The notes under the pieces were generated by a model, which was given only the letters and a program-made list of their open reading frames with translations, was not told the DNA's origin and made no database searches. The position numbers and the translations under genes are program-made. A stretch of DNA of 64,000 bases from an uncultured Actinomycetota bacterium (GTDB lineage Bacteria; Actinomycetota; Actinomycetes; Propionibacteriales; Nocardioidaceae), in the NCBI GenBank assembly GCA_963716655.1, contig CAVQTV010000003.1:55820-119819 (forward strand), read 5' to 3'. Below, one piece after another: positions 1-12,249 of this stretch (position 1 is the first letter of the stretch; every line of letters starts with the position of its first letter).

Positions 1-899
1 CCCGTGCCTGGCCGGCCGCCAGCCTCGCGTTCGACGAGGTGCTCTCCGACGACGGCACCCGGCTGCGCGCCTGGACCAACGACCCCGAGGGCGTGATCGA
101 CGGCCCGACGGTGCTGCTCTGCAACGGCCTCGGTACCAGCGCCTGGACCTGGCCCGCGTTCCTCGACCCGGACTGCGGCGTTCGGGTCGTGTCGTGGAAC
201 CACCGCGGCACCGGCGGGTCCGAGCGCCCGGTCGACCTCGACCACGTCGGCATCGAGGCGTTCGCCGAGGACGGCCTGTCGGTCATGGACCACTTCGGCA
301 TCGACCGCGCCGTGCTCGTCGGCTGGTCGATGGGCGTGAACACGATGTACGAGCTGGCGGTCCGCCACCCCGAGCGGGTGGCCGGGCTGTTCGCGGTGGC
401 CGGCGTACCCGGCGACACGTTCGCGACCATGCTCGGCCCGTTCCGGATCCCGCGGGTCGCGGCCAAGGCCGTCGCGGTCAACCTCGCCCGGGCGCTCAAG
501 TACGGCGGCCGCCTGGTCACGCCGGTCTCGACCCGGCTGCCGGTCGGCAAGCGCACCATCGACGTGCTCTCGCACAGCGGGTTCATGCTGCCGGTCGCCG
601 ACCCGGTCGCCGCGCAGCGGGCGGTGGCGGCGTTCCTCGCGACCCCGGTCGAGTGGTACTTCCACGTCGCCCTGCACACCTCAAAGCACCCACGCGTCCC
701 GCTGAGCAAGATCCGGGTGCCTGCGGCATTCGTGGCCGCCCGCTTCGACCTGCTCGCCGGCACCCGCGCGATGGCGACCGCGGCCGAACGGATCGAGGAC
801 GCCACCTTCACCGAGCTCAAGGGCAGCCACTTCGTGCAGATGGAACAGCCCGACGCCGTGCACGCGCTGCTGCTCGACTTCCTCGACCGGGTCGGCTGA
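1..899 (+). CDS. Alpha/beta fold hydrolase (frame open to the window edge; may be 5'-truncated)
   Basis: Oxyanion region CNGLG, HRGTGGS motif, nucleophile GWSMG and C-terminal GSHF. ORF 39..899 is intact. Confidence 0.85.
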   Translation, partial: RAWPAASLAFDEVLSDDGTRLRAWTNDPEGVIDGPTVLLCNGLGTSAWTWPAFLDPDCGVRVVSWNHRGTGGSERPVDLDHVGIEAFAEDGLSVMDHFGIDRAVLVGWSMGVNTMYELAVRHPERVAGLFAVAGVPGDTFATMLGPFRIPRVAAKAVAVNLARALKYGGRLVTPVSTRLPVGKRTIDVLSHSGFMLPVADPVAAQRAVAAFLATPVEWYFHVALHTSKHPRVPLSKIRVPAAFVAARFDLLAGTRAMATAAERIEDATFTELKGSHFVQMEQPDAVHALLLDFLDRVG

Positions 900-900
900 G

Positions 901-2059
901 ATGCGCCGCATCGTCGTCCTGGCGCTCGCCGCCGCGCTCCTGACCGCGTGCAGCAGCGACGACGACCCCGGTCAGCAGCCGGACAACGACACGGTCACCG
1001 CTGTCCCCACCGCCGACCCGCAGTCGACCGAGCCCGCCGATCCCGTCACGTCCGGCTCCCCCAGCGACGACCCCGGCCCGCCGAAGGTGGTCGGGACGAT
1101 CGCGAGCGACCTGGAGGCCCCGTGGGGCCTGGCCTTCCTCCCCAACGGCGACGCGGTCGTCACCGAGCGGGACACCCGCCGGGTGCTGCTGCTCCGCGCG
1201 CCGACGTACGACGTCCAGCAGGTCGGGCTGATCGAGTCGGCCGTCGGGCTCGGTGACGTCGGCGGCGAGGCCGGCCTGCTCGGCGTCGCGGTCTCGCCGG
1301 ACTTCGAGAAGGACCGGATGCTGTTCTTCTACTTCAGCACCGGCTCCGACAACCGGATCGTCAAGGCCACCGCTCGAGGGCGGCCGGCTGGGCACGCCCG
1401 AGGTGATCCTCGACGGCATCCCGCAGGGCCACATCCACGACGGCGGCCGGCTCGCGTTCGGCCCCGACGGCTACCTCTACGCCTCGACCGGCGAGACCGG
1501 CGACGGCGCGCTCGCGCAGGACCGCGACAGCCTCGGCGGCAAGATCCTGCGGATCACGACCGACGGCGACCCGGCGCCCGGCAACCCGGACCCGGACTCC
1601 CCGATCTGGACCTACGGGCACCGCAACGTCCAGGGCCTCGCCTTCGACGACCAGGACCGGCTGTGGGCCTCGGAGTTCGGCGCCAACACCTTCGACGAGC
1701 TCAACCTGATCGAGAAGGGCAACAACTACGGCTGGCCGATGGTCGAGGGCCGCGGCGACCAGCGCGGAGCTACGTCGACCCGCAGGTCGTCTGGTCGACC
1801 GACACCGCCTCGCCCTCCGGCCTGGCCTGGCTCGACGGCAACGTGTGGATGGCGTCGCTGCGCGGCGAGCGGCTCTGGCGGGTCGACGTGACCGGCAAGC
1901 GGGCCGCCGATCCGTCGGACTTCTTCGTCGGTCAGTACGGCCGGATGCGCACCGTCGTGGTCGCACCCGACGGGCGGCTGTGGGTGACCACCAGCAACAC
2001 CGACGGCCGCGGCGTTCCCGGCCGACGACGACGACCGGATCCTGCTCATCGACCCGTGA
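901..2059 (+). CDS. PQQ-dependent sugar/sorbosone dehydrogenase family lipoprotein (frameshifted)
   Basis: Lipobox LLTAC. Motifs PWGLAFLP, GLLGVAVSPDF, HDGGRLAFGPDG, GHRNVQGLAFD and NYGWP are spread across ORFs 901 and 1253. Confidence 0.85.
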
Positions 2060-2851
2060 CGACCCCGGTCACGGTCGCCCGCCGGGACGCCCGGCGCAGG
2101 GTGGCCAGGATCGCCGGGCCGAGCACGACGACCGCGATCGCGGTGGTGATCGCGCGGATGGTGTCCCAGCCGCCGGTCGACGTCAGCAGCGTGTAGACGA
2201 CGAACCGGTGCAGGTTCTCGAGCACCGGCGCGCCCGCGACGTACGACAGCGAGCCCTCGTGGCCCTCGACCTGGATGCCGAGCAGGAACGGCCAGCCGGA
2301 CAGGTTCATCAGCAACCCGAAGGCGTACGACGCGAACACGGCGTACGCCGGCCAGCATCGCGATCTCGGCGCGGCCGGTGACCCGGCGCGGCAGCAGCCC
2401 GGCGCCCATGCCGACCCAGGCCGCGCAGAGCATCTGGAACGGCATCCACGGCCCGACCCCGGCGGTCAGCAGCGCGGAGGCGAACAGCGACGTGCAGCCG
2501 AGCACGAACCCGAAGCCCGGGCCCGAACACCCGACCCGCGAGGACCAGCAGGAAGAACGTCAGCTCCACGCCGGCGAGCCCGGGCGAGATGCCGCGCAGG
2601 ATCGCGTTGATCGCGGACAGCACGCCGAGGATCGCCAGCACCCGGCTGTCCAGGCCGCCCTCGCTGAGCTCGGCCAGCACCACCGCGATCACCACCGGCA
2701 GCAGCAGCACGAACAGGAACGGCGGGTCGACCCGGGTGCCGTCGGGGACGCGGAGCAGCAGCGGCCAGCACAGCATCATCAGCCCGGCGACCGAGGCGAC
2801 GGCGAGCGCGAGGACCGAGCGCGGCGCGATCCGGACGGCCGGCGCGGTCAC
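2046..2851 (-). CDS. ECF transporter S component, CbrT-like (probable cobalamin substrate; frameshifted)
   Basis: Hydrophobic protein with GVELTFFLLVLAGRVFGPG and GVGPWMPFQM. Last gene of the riboswitch-led operon. Confidence 0.8.
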
Positions 2852-4436
2852 GACGCGCTCTGCCCGAGCTGCGCGGCGACCTCGTCGACCCGCAGCCAGG
2901 GTGCGCCGAGGACCTTGGTGACCTGCGGGGCGAACGACGGCGACTCGGCGACCACCCGGCGCACCGGGCCGGACGAGACGACCTCGCCCTCCGCGAGCAC
3001 CACCACGTCGTCGGCCGCGAGCGCGACGAACTCCACGTCGTGGGTGGCGACGAGCACCGAGTGCGCGTCGTCCGCGAGGTCGCGCAGGATCCGGGCGAGG
3101 ACGCGCTTCGCGGCGTAGTCGAGCCCGCGGGTCGGCTCGTCGAGCAGCAGCACCCGCGGCCGGGCGACGAGCACCAGCGCCAGCACCAGCGCCAGCCGCT
3201 GGCCCTCGGACAGGTCGCGCGGGTGCTGGTCGTCGGGGATGCCGGGCACCAGCCGGTCGAGGAGCTCGCGGCAGGCGCCGGTGCCGCCGTCCGCGGCCGC
3301 GCACTCCTCGGCGACGGTCTCGAGGTAGAGCAGGTCGGCGGCGTTCTGCGGCACCAGCCCGACCAGCGCGCGCCGGTCGGCGGCGTCGAGCGCCGCGGGG
3401 TCGGCGCCGTCGACGGACACCTGGCCGCCGCTGCGCCGGCCGCCGCCCTGGAGCGCCCAGATCAGCGACGACTTGCCGGAGCCGTTGCGCCCCATCAGCG
3501 CGGTCACCCGACCGGTCGCCGAGCGCGAGGTCGACGTCGCGGACCGCGACGGTGCTGGCCGTGCACGACGGCGAGCCGGCGTACGTCGACCGTGGTGCCG
3601 GCCGTGGCCTCGGCGACCGGCGGCGGTGCGCCGAGCCGGTCGGTCAGGCCCTTCGCCAGGCGGCGCGCGTCGCGGACGCTGAGCGGCAGCGGGCTCCAGC
3701 CGGCGGCGCGGCCCAGCTCCACGATCGGGGGTACGACGGGCGAGGTCGCCAGCAGGTCTCCGGGCTCCCCCACCCGCATCCGACCGGCGCCGTCGAGCAG
3801 GCACATCCGGTCGGCGAACGGGATCACCCGCTCCAGCCGGTGCTCGGCGAGCAGCACCGAGACCCCGAGGTCGTGCACCAGCCGGGTGAGGGTGGCGAGC
3901 ACCTCCTCGGCGGCGGTCGGGTCGAGCGCCGAGGTCGGCTCGTCGAGGACGAGCAGCCGCGGGTGCATGGTGAGCACCGAGCCGATCGCGACCCGCTGCT
4001 GCTGGCCGCCGGACAGGGTGCGCAGGTCCCGTGCGCGCAGGTCGGCGATGCCGAGCAGGTCGAGCGTCTCCTCGACCCGGCGGCGCATCGTCTCGGGCGG
4101 CAGCCCGAGCTGCTCCATGCCGTAGGCGAGCTCCTCCTCGACGGTGTCGGTGACGAAGCCCGCGGCCGGGTTCTGGCCGACGTACCCGATCGCGTGCGCA
4201 CGGTCGCGCGGCGGCGTGCGCACGATGCTGACGCCGTCGAGCAGCACGTCGCCGTCGAGGGTGCCGCCGCTGAACCGCGGCACCAGGCCGGTGACGACGC
4301 CGAGCAGCGTGGACTTGCCGACGCCGGTGGGACCGGAGACCAGCACCAGCTCGCCCTCGTCGACGGTCAGGTCGACCCCGTCGAGGACGGTCGGGCCGTC
4401 GTCGTAGCCGAACCGGATGCCGCGCAGCTCGATCAT
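2848..4436 (-). CDS. ECF transporter ATPase with two ABC domains (frameshifted)
   Basis: Two Walker A motifs (GPTGVGKS, GRNGSGKS), signatures LSGGQQQR and LSEGQR, and two LDEPT Walker B motifs. Confidence 0.9.
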
Positions 4437-5535
4437 GCCGGCACCGCCTGGGCAAACGGCCGCGCCGGCGGCGGCGAGCAGAGCGCGCCGAGCAGCCCGA
4501 CCGCGGCCGCGGCCAGCGCGAGCCCGCTGACCTGGGGGAACTCCGAGAGCGGCGGGTAGGCGACCTCGAACTGGTTCCGGCTGATCCACCAGCCGGACAC
4601 GGCGACGAACATCCCGGAGGCGATGACCACGAACTCGGGCCAGCGCCACGGGTCCGGGCGGTAGCGGGTGCGCTCGACGCGGCGACCGGCGCTGAACAGA
4701 CCGGCGGCCGCGGCGGCCACACCGAGCGCCAGCATCGGCAGCGCGAGGACGCGCGGCACGGTGGTGTCGAGGAACGGCGTACGTGCCGACGCAGATGCCG
4801 ATCAGGCCGAGCAGCATCAGCGCGCCGGTCGTCCGGCGCTGCGACGGGGTGAGGTCTCCGGCGCGGCCGTAGCCGCGGGTGTCCATGCCCGCGGCGAGCG
4901 CCATCGAGTGCTCGAGCGCGTCCTCGAGCACCGGCACCAGGAAGCGGCGCAGCCGGCCGACCCGGCGGGTGTCGCCGGCGCGGAGGCTCTGCGCGGCCCG
5001 GACCCGCCGGGCGCTCTCGGCGAACTGCGGCAGCACGGTCACGGCGACCACCAGCGCGGTGCCGATCTCGTAGAGCGCCGGCGGCACCGAGCGCAGCACC
5101 CGCTTCGGGTTGGCCAGCGAGTTGGCGGCGCCGATGCAGGATCACGATCGTCGCCAGCCGCAGCCCGTCGTACAACGCGAACAGCAGCGCCTGGGCGTAG
5201 CACCGGGCCGAGCAGGGTGATGCCGGCGACCCAGTCCGGGCAGCGGGATCTCCGGCAGGTCGAGCAGCACCGGCCCACCGATCCAGCCGCCGAGGAACAG
5301 CGAGAAGGTCACCCGGATCGCGACGATGAACACGCCCGAGCCACACGTAGATGCGGAACGACTGGCCCCACGGCTGGTCGGAGCGGCGGAGCACGACGAC
5401 CAGCCAGGCGACTCCGATCAGCATCAGCAGCAGGAACGGGTTGGTCGTGAACGACGCGGCCACGGCGAGCCCCAGCGCCCACAGCCACCAGGCCAGCGGG
5501 TGCAGGTCGCGCGAGAGCCGGGCCGGGCCGCTCAC
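4433..5535 (-). CDS. ECF transporter T component (CbiQ/EcfT family; frameshifted)
   Basis: N-terminal LHPLAWWLWAL, then RVRAAQSLR and AMDTRGYG-like coupling motifs. 4-bp overlaps with both neighbours. Confidence 0.85.
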
Positions 5536-6403
5536 GCCCCGGTCGTCCCGCGGCGGCGACGTACGACGGCGGCGGCTCCGGCCGCGCCGAACAGCACCAC
5601 GATCGCGGCCGGAGCCACCCAGGCCGGCAGTCCACCGCCGTCGGGATCCGCCGGCTCGGCCGACGTCGTCACGGTGTCGTCCGGACTCTCGCTCGGAGAC
5701 TCCGACGGCTCCGCAGACGGAGACGGCTCGGCGGAGCGCGACTTCTTCTTGTTGTCGCCCGGCTTGGGCTTCTTCGACGGGTTCGCGCTCGCGGACGCCG
5801 ACTCGGTCGGCGACTCGGAGGTCTGCTGCGACGGCTGGCCGGACGGCGGCGCCGACGAGCTCGACGGCTGGTGGCTCGGCGACTTCGTCGGTGACGGCGT
5901 CGGCGTCGGCGTGGCGGTCGGGTGCGGCGCAGGCGTGAAGCCCGGCGTGGACCGGGTCGAGCTGCCGTTCCACGAGAACGCGACGTAGCCGCCGTCGGGC
6001 ACCTTCTGCCCGCCGACGCCGGTGGTCGCGTAGCTCCAGGAGCCGGACTCCCCGTCCGACCACCACAGCCCCCAGTAGGCGTCAGCCGGTGGCGTGTTCA
6101 CGCACGGGTCGTCGGCAGGGGCGCCGTCGACCCGGCACACGAAACCGGGCTGCCGCTGCACGTAGGTCAGCGAGAAACCGGCCGCCGAGAACAGCTGCGA
6201 CGCGGTGTCTCCGCCGCCGTCGGCGACGCACGCGGTCTGCACGCCGCCACCGAGCTCGTGGAAGTCCACGACGACGGTGACCCCGTCGTCGCTCGAGCAG
6301 GCCGCGGCGGATGCGGGAGCCGACGGGCAGGGCGAGCGCCCGCCGCCGCGGCCAGGACGGCCGCGGCGGCGAGACGCGCCAGGTTCCGAGACTGCGAGCG
6401 CAC
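5532..6403 (-). CDS. Secreted, membrane-anchored protein with DUF4430/transcobalamin-beta-like domain (SCO2322-like)
   Basis: Signal peptide; VTVVVDF, GFVCRVDGAP and AYWGLWW motifs; Pro/Ser/Thr linker; C-terminal TM followed by RRRR. Confidence 0.7.
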
Positions 6404-6405
6404 GG

Positions 6406-8058
6406 TCAGCGGGTGACGGTGAACGAGCGTGCTGCCCTTGCGGTTCTTGAACTGCCCGGCCGCCTTGACCTTCGCGGTGCCCGGCTTGTTCGGAACCTTG
6501 ATGGTCGCCTTGAAGACGCCCTTGTTGTTCGCCTGGCCGCCGACACCCTTGCCCGACTGGCCGCCGGGCCACGCAATGCTGATGGAGGCGGACTCGGCGG
6601 GCGCCAGTCCACGCACCGTGACGGTCTGCTTCTCGCCGCCGGCGATCCGCTGGCGCTTCAGCCCGATCTGGAGCTTGGCCGCACCGAGGGCGTTGATCTC
6701 GGCGGTGTCGAAGGTGCCGCCGGCGTTCGCGATCCGGACCTTGCTCGTCCCGCTCTTCTTCGGCACCAGCACCTTCAGGTTGGCCTCGCCGTCGTCGTTG
6801 GCGTACCCGAGCACCGACTGCTCGCCGAGCATCGCGCACAGCGCCTCACCCGGGGCCGCGTCGATGACGCCGACAGCGTGCTTCTGGCGCCGGCCTTGAC
6901 GTACTCCGCGGCGAACAGCGCATGCGGCTCACCGGCACCGGCCTGCGCCCACTGCAGCGCCGGCAGGGCCTGCGCGGTGCCACGTCGGAACTGGTCCACC
7001 GTGGTGGCGTCGATGTCCGAGCCCTGTACGGCGGCGCGTGCGGCGTCGTCGTAGGCGATCGCGCCGAGGTCGGTCTCGGCGTAGTAGACGCAGTTCGCGA
7101 CGTTGGTGGCCTGGTGGCCGCGCAGCCAGGCGGCGGCGTCCTCGGCGGCGTCGGTCTCGCCCGCGAGCGCCAGGGCGTGGCCGGCGAGGCCGGTGCTGTT
7201 GGCGTTCACGCCCGGCAGGCTCGCGTCGGCGCCGAAGCCGCCGTTCGCCTTCTGGGTGCTCTCGAGCCAGGCGACCGCGTCGGCGATGTGCGCGGCGACG
7301 TCGGTGTCGTCGAGCTGCGGCGCGAGGGCGTGGATCGCGTGCGAGGTGGCGTCGACGTCCGGCGCGCCGTCGCTGCCGTCGCAGGTCTGGTCGGCGGCGT
7401 CAGCTGCGGAGAACTGCTGGCGGAAGAAGCCGTCCTCGCACTGCTGGGCGAGGAGGAAGTCAGTCGCCGAGTCGGTCAAGGCGCTGCCGCCGCCGTCGAG
7501 CGCGCGCACCGCGCAGGACTGGCCGATGACGCTGGCGTAGTCGGCCGCGAACTCGTCCTCGGGGTCCAGCTGGTCCTGAACCCGCCCCGCGATCGCGCCA
7601 TCCGTGGCGACGGTGCTCTCGAGGTCGGCGAGCAGGCCCGGCGCCGGACGGTGGCGTCGCCGTCGGCGGCCTGCAGCGAAGGAGAGCGGCCTTGCGCCGC
7701 CGCACCGGCCGCAACGAGGGTGCCGAAGCCCGGACGCCGTGTAGGCGTCGGCGTTCGCCTCGATGCCGTCGACCACCCGGCCGACGGGCGTCGTCCTGGC
7801 CGCCGACCGCGTCGAGCGCGAAGCCGACGTCGATGGACAGGCCGTAGTCGTCGTAGCTGTACGGGACGCCGTCGTACTCGCCCGAGGTGACGACGATGCC
7901 GGTCTCGGGGACCTGGTCGGCGAGCCAGCCGGCGCCGGCCGCCGCCGGTGCCGGGTCGGGCGCGGCGGACGCCGGGGCCGAGGCCGCGACCAGGGCGGTG
8001 AGGGCGAGCGCCGGGACGGCCAGCGAGGGCGGCGCGCGCGGCGGACGATGAGATGCAT
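6406..8058 (-). CDS. Secreted prenyltransferase/squalene-cyclase-repeat (alpha/alpha barrel) protein with Lys-rich C-terminal beta domains (frameshifted)
   Basis: QW-like repeats FLLAQQCEDGFF and WLESTQKANGGFG, plus DVDATS and NANSTGLA. Basic beta-rich C-terminus ends ...SFTVTR. First gene after the riboswitch. Confidence 0.7.
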
Positions 8059-8149
8059 GGTGGTTCCTTCCCGCTGCGCAGCGGGAGGCGGCACGAGGCG
8101 AAGACCCGGATCGCCACCCGCTGTTTTCCTCGACAGCGTGTGATCAGGA

Positions 8150-8260
8150 CGCGTCGCATCGGGTGCTCCGGCTCGCCCCCGGCCCTGGAAGGTCGGGAAG
8201 CCTACGGTTGCGGGTCAGCGCCGGATTCGGACCGGCTTCCCCCACTGCGGGCGTGTCATT
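8150..8260 (-). ncRNA. Cobalamin (B12) riboswitch
   Basis: Minus strand reads GGGAAGCCGGTCCGAATCCGGCGCTGACCCGCAACCGT...GAGCCGGAGCACC, the conserved B12-element core and B12 box, directly upstream of an ECF operon. Confidence 0.9.
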
Positions 8261-8314
8261 GAGTTGTGGCCGGAGCATAACCGCCGCCGGGCCCCTCGAC
8301 GTATTCGGTCCGGG

Positions 8315-9821
8315 TTAAGACAGCTTCTCGAGGATCAGCTCGCGGACCCGGCCGGCGTCGGCCTGGCCGCGCATCTCCTTCATCACCGCGCCGATCAGGG
8401 CACCGGCCGCGGCCACCTTGCCGTCGCGGATCTTGTCGGCGACGTCGGGGTTGGCGGCGATCGCGTCGTCGACCGCGGCCGAGAGCGCGCCCTCGTCGGA
8501 GACGATGGCCAGCCCGCGGGCGGCCACGATCTCGTCCGGCGTGCCCTCGCCGGCGAGCAGGCCGTCGAAGACCTGGCGGGCGAGCTTGTCGTTGAGCGGT
8601 GCCCTCGTCGACCAGGGCCTGGACGGCGCGCCACGTCGACCGGGGTGACGCCGAGGCGGCGAGCTCGACGCCGGCGTCGTTGGCCCGGCGGGCCAGCTCG
8701 GAGAGCCACCACTTGCGGGCGGCCTGCGGGCGAGGCGCCGGCGGCGATGGTCTCCTCGACCAGCGCCGACCGCGCCGGCGCCGACGACGTCGCGCATCTC
8801 GAGGTCGGTGAAGCCCCAGTCGGCCTGGAGCCGGGCCCGCTTGAGCGGCGGGTTCTCCGGCAGCGTGCCGCGCAGCTCCTCGACCCACTCGCGCGACGGG
8901 TGCGACCGGCACCAGGTCGGGCTCGGGGAAGTAGCGGTAGTCCTCGGCGTCGGACTTCTCGCGACCGCTCGTGGTGACGCCGGTGTCCTCGTGCCAGTGC
9001 CGGGTCTCCTGCAGGATCGAGCCGACCCGCGTCGAGGATCGCCGGCGTGCCGCTGACATCTCGTAGCGCACCGCGCGCTCGACCGAGCGGAGCGAGTTGA
9101 CGTTCTTGGTCTCGGTGCGGGTGCCGAGCACGCCGCAGCCCTTCGGCGCGAGCGACAGGTTCACGTCGGCGCGCAGGTCGAGCCCTGGTCCATCCGGGCG
9201 TCGGAGACGCCGAGGGCGACGATCAGGTCGCGCAGCTGGGCGACGTACGCCGGCGCCACGGCCGGCGCCTTCTCGCCCGGCGCCGACGATCGGCTTGGTG
9301 ACGATCTCGATCAGCGGGATGCCGGCCCGGTTGTAGTCGACCAGCGAGTGGTCGGCGCCGTGGATGCGACCGGTCGCGCCGCCGACGTGCAGCGACTTCC
9401 CGGTGTCCTCCTCCATGTGCGCGCGCTCGATCTCGACGCGGAAGGTCTCGCCGTCGACGTCGACGTCCATGTAGCCCTCGAACGCGATCGGCTCGTCGTA
9501 CTGGGAGGTCTGGAAGTTCTTCGGCATGTCCGGGTAGAAGTAGTTCTTCCGCGCGAACCGGCACCACTCCGCGATCTCGCAGTTCAGCGCGAGGCCGATC
9601 CGGATCGCCGACTCGACCGCCTTGCGCGTTGACGACCGGCATCGCGCCGGGCAGGCCCAGGCAGGTCGGGCAGACCTGGGTGTTCGGCTCGCCGCCGAAG
9701 ACTCGGCCGGGCAGCCGCAGAACATCTTGGTGTTGGTGTTGAGCTCGACGTGGACCTCCAGGCCCATCGCCGGGTCGTACGCCGCGAGCACGTCGTCGAA
9801 GGCGACCAGGGTGTCGGTCAT
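8315..9821 (-). CDS. gatB: Asp/Glu-tRNA amidotransferase subunit B (frameshifted)
   Basis: [36 protein letters not shown] and [10 protein letters not shown] motifs; C-terminal [12 protein letters not shown]. Confidence 0.95.
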
Positions 9822-11347
9822 CGCGCGATGCTCCTTCCAGGGTCAGGGCCTTGTCGAGCAGCGGTCCGCCCCACTGCTCGAGCAGCGCGGCCTCGAGGGC
9901 GGCACCGACCCGGTAGCAGCGGTCGTCGGCGAGCGCCGGGGCCAGGATCTGGAAGCCGGCCGGCAGGCCGTCCTCGTCGGCGAGGCCGCTCGGCACCGAG
10001 ATGCCGGGCACGCCCGCCAGGTTGGCCGGGATGGTCGCGAGGTCGTTGAGGTACATCGCGATCGGGTCGTCGAGCTTCTCGCCGAGCTTGAACGCCGTGG
10101 TCGGCGCGGTCGGCGAGACCAGCACGTCGGCCTGCTCGAACGCCGCCTCGAAGTCGCGCGAGATCAGGGTGCGGACCTTCTGCGCCTGGCCGTAGTAGGC
10201 GTCGTAGTAGCCGCTGGACAGCGCGTAGGTGCCGAGGATGATCCGGCGCTTCACCTCGTCGCCGAAGCCGGCGTCGCGGGTCGCGCGCATCACCTCCTCG
10301 GCGCTGGCGTCCGGCTTGCCCTCGGGCCAGACCCGCAGGCCGTACCGCATCGCGTCGAACTTCGCGAGGTTGCTCGACGCCTCCGCCGGCAGGATCAGGT
10401 AGTACGTCGCGAGCGCGTGCACGAAGTCGGGCAGGAGACCTCGACGACCTCGGCGCCGGCCTTGACCAGCAGGTCGACCGACTCCTGGAAGCGGGCCATC
10501 ACGCCCGGCTGCCAGCCGTCGCCCGACGAGCTCCTTGATCACGCCGACCGGACGCCGGTCAGGTCGCCGGCCGCGCCCTGGCGGGCGGCGTCGACCAGCG
10601 CGGGCAGCGGCTGGTCGATGCTGGTGGAGTCCAGCGGGTCGTGCCCGCCGATGACCTCGTGCAGCAGCGCGGAGTCGAGCACGGTCCGGGTCACCGGGCC
10701 GGCCTGGTCGAGCGAGTTGGCCAGCGCGACCAGGCCGTAGCGGGACACCCCGCCGTACGTCGGCTTCACGCCGACGGTGCCGGTGACCGCGCCGGGCTGG
10801 CGGATCGAGCCGCCGGTGTCGGTGCCGATCGCGAGCGGCGCCTCGAACGCGGCGACCGCCGCGGCCGAGCCGCCGCCGGAGCCGCCCGGGATCCGGTCCA
10901 GGTCCCACGGGTTGTGGGTCGGGCCGTACGCCGAGTGCTCGGTCGAGGAGCCCATCGCGAACTCGTCCATGTTGGTCTTGCCGAGGATCGGCAGGCCGCG
11001 CCTCGCGGAGCTTGCGCGACCACGGTCGCGTCGTACGGCGGGATCCAGCCCTCGAGGATCTTCGACCCGCAGGTGGTCGGCAGGCCCTCGGTGGCCAGCA
11101 CGTCCTTGACCGCGATCGGCACGCCGTCGAGCGCGGAGAGCAGGGTGCCGGCCGCGCGCCGCGCGTCGGACTCGGCCGCCTGGGCGAGCGCGCCCTCGGC
11201 GTCGACGTGCAGGAACGCGTGCACGGCACCGTCGACCGCGGCGATCCGGTCGAGGTGCGCCTGGGTGAGCTCGACCGAGGTCGTCTCACCGGCGGCGAGC
11301 GCGTCGGCCATCTCGGCCGCGGTCTGCGTGGATCGAGCGACGCTCAC
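9818..11347 (-). CDS. gatA: Asp/Glu-tRNA amidotransferase subunit A (frameshifted)
   Basis: Amidase signature [30 protein letters not shown], and [22 protein letters not shown]. Confidence 0.95.
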
Positions 11348-11644
11348 TGCTCCTCCCCCAGGATCCGCGGGACCGAGAAGCGCTGCTGCTCGACCGCCGG
11401 GGCACCGGACAGCGCCTGCTCGGGCGTCAGGCTCGGGCGTGACGACGTCCTCGCGGAACACGTTGGTGAGCGGCAGCGCGTGCGAGGTCGGCGGGATGTC
11501 ATCGGCGGCGACCTCGCTGATCGAGGCGACCGACTCGAGGATCACCGACAGCTGCGGTGCGAGGTGGTCGAGCTCGGCGTCGTCGAGGTCGATCCGGGCG
11601 AGGTTCGCCAGGTGCGCGACCTCGTCGCGAGAAATCTCGGGCAT
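11344..11644 (-). CDS. gatC: Asp/Glu-tRNA amidotransferase subunit C (frameshifted)
   Basis: [20 protein letters not shown]...[15 protein letters not shown]...[11 protein letters not shown], directly upstream of gatA. Confidence 0.95.
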
Positions 11645-11676
11645 GGGCTCCATCCTAGGAGGGAGCGGACCGACCC

Positions 11677-11700
11677 AACCGATCGGGCCGATGCGGCATC
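11677..11700 (+). promoter_or_regulatory. Putative SigE-type ECF promoter (AAC-N19-TC)
   Basis: AAC at 11677-11679 and TC at 11699-11700, 19 nt apart, just upstream of the sigma factor gene. Confidence 0.45.
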
Positions 11701-11728
11701 TTCCGGGGTGACCGCTCGAGGAGGATCG

Positions 11729-12249
11729 ATGGCGAGACCAGCTGACGGACGAGGAGTTCACCGAGTTCGTGCACGCCGCGTGGCCGGGGCTCTACCGCAC
11801 GGCGTACCTGATGCTCGGCGAGCACCAGCTCGCCGAGGACCTGGTGCAGACGACGCTCGCGAAGACCTATGCGTCCTGGCGCAAGGTGAAGCGACCGCGG
11901 CGGCCGCGCCGGCGTACGCCCGGGTGGTGCTGGCCAACACGGCCGCCTCGTGGTTCCGCAAGCGCGGCTGGCGCAACGAGCACCCGACCGAGACGCTGCC
12001 CGAGGCCGGCATCGACGGCCCCGACCCCAGCACCCGGCCCGCCGTCGTCGACGCGCTCGCGACCCTTGCCCCGCGCCAGCGCGCCGTCGTCGTGCTCCGC
12101 TACTACGACGACCTCAGCGTCCGCGAGGTCGCACACGCCCTCGGCATCTCCGAGGGCACCGTCAAGAGCCAGACCTCCGACGCCCTCGCCCGGCTGCGCA
12201 CGCTGCTCGGCGACGCGGTCGTCCCGCACACCTTGGGAGCCCACCATGA
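11729..12249 (+). CDS. ECF RNA polymerase sigma factor, SigE family (frameshifted)
   Basis: [25 protein letters not shown] (region 2); [15 protein letters not shown]...GTVKSQ (region 4). Confidence 0.9.

Noticed and set aside
6406..8058. Terpene/squalene cyclase biosynthetic gene
   Set aside because: It appears secreted, shows no DXDD-type cyclase motif that I could identify, and sits in a B12-riboswitch transport operon.
8315..11644. gatCAB (and valS, rplU, etc.) as pseudogenes or programmed frameshifts
   Set aside because: These are essential genes with intact motifs; the shifts are scattered with no slippery-site pattern, consistent with consensus error.
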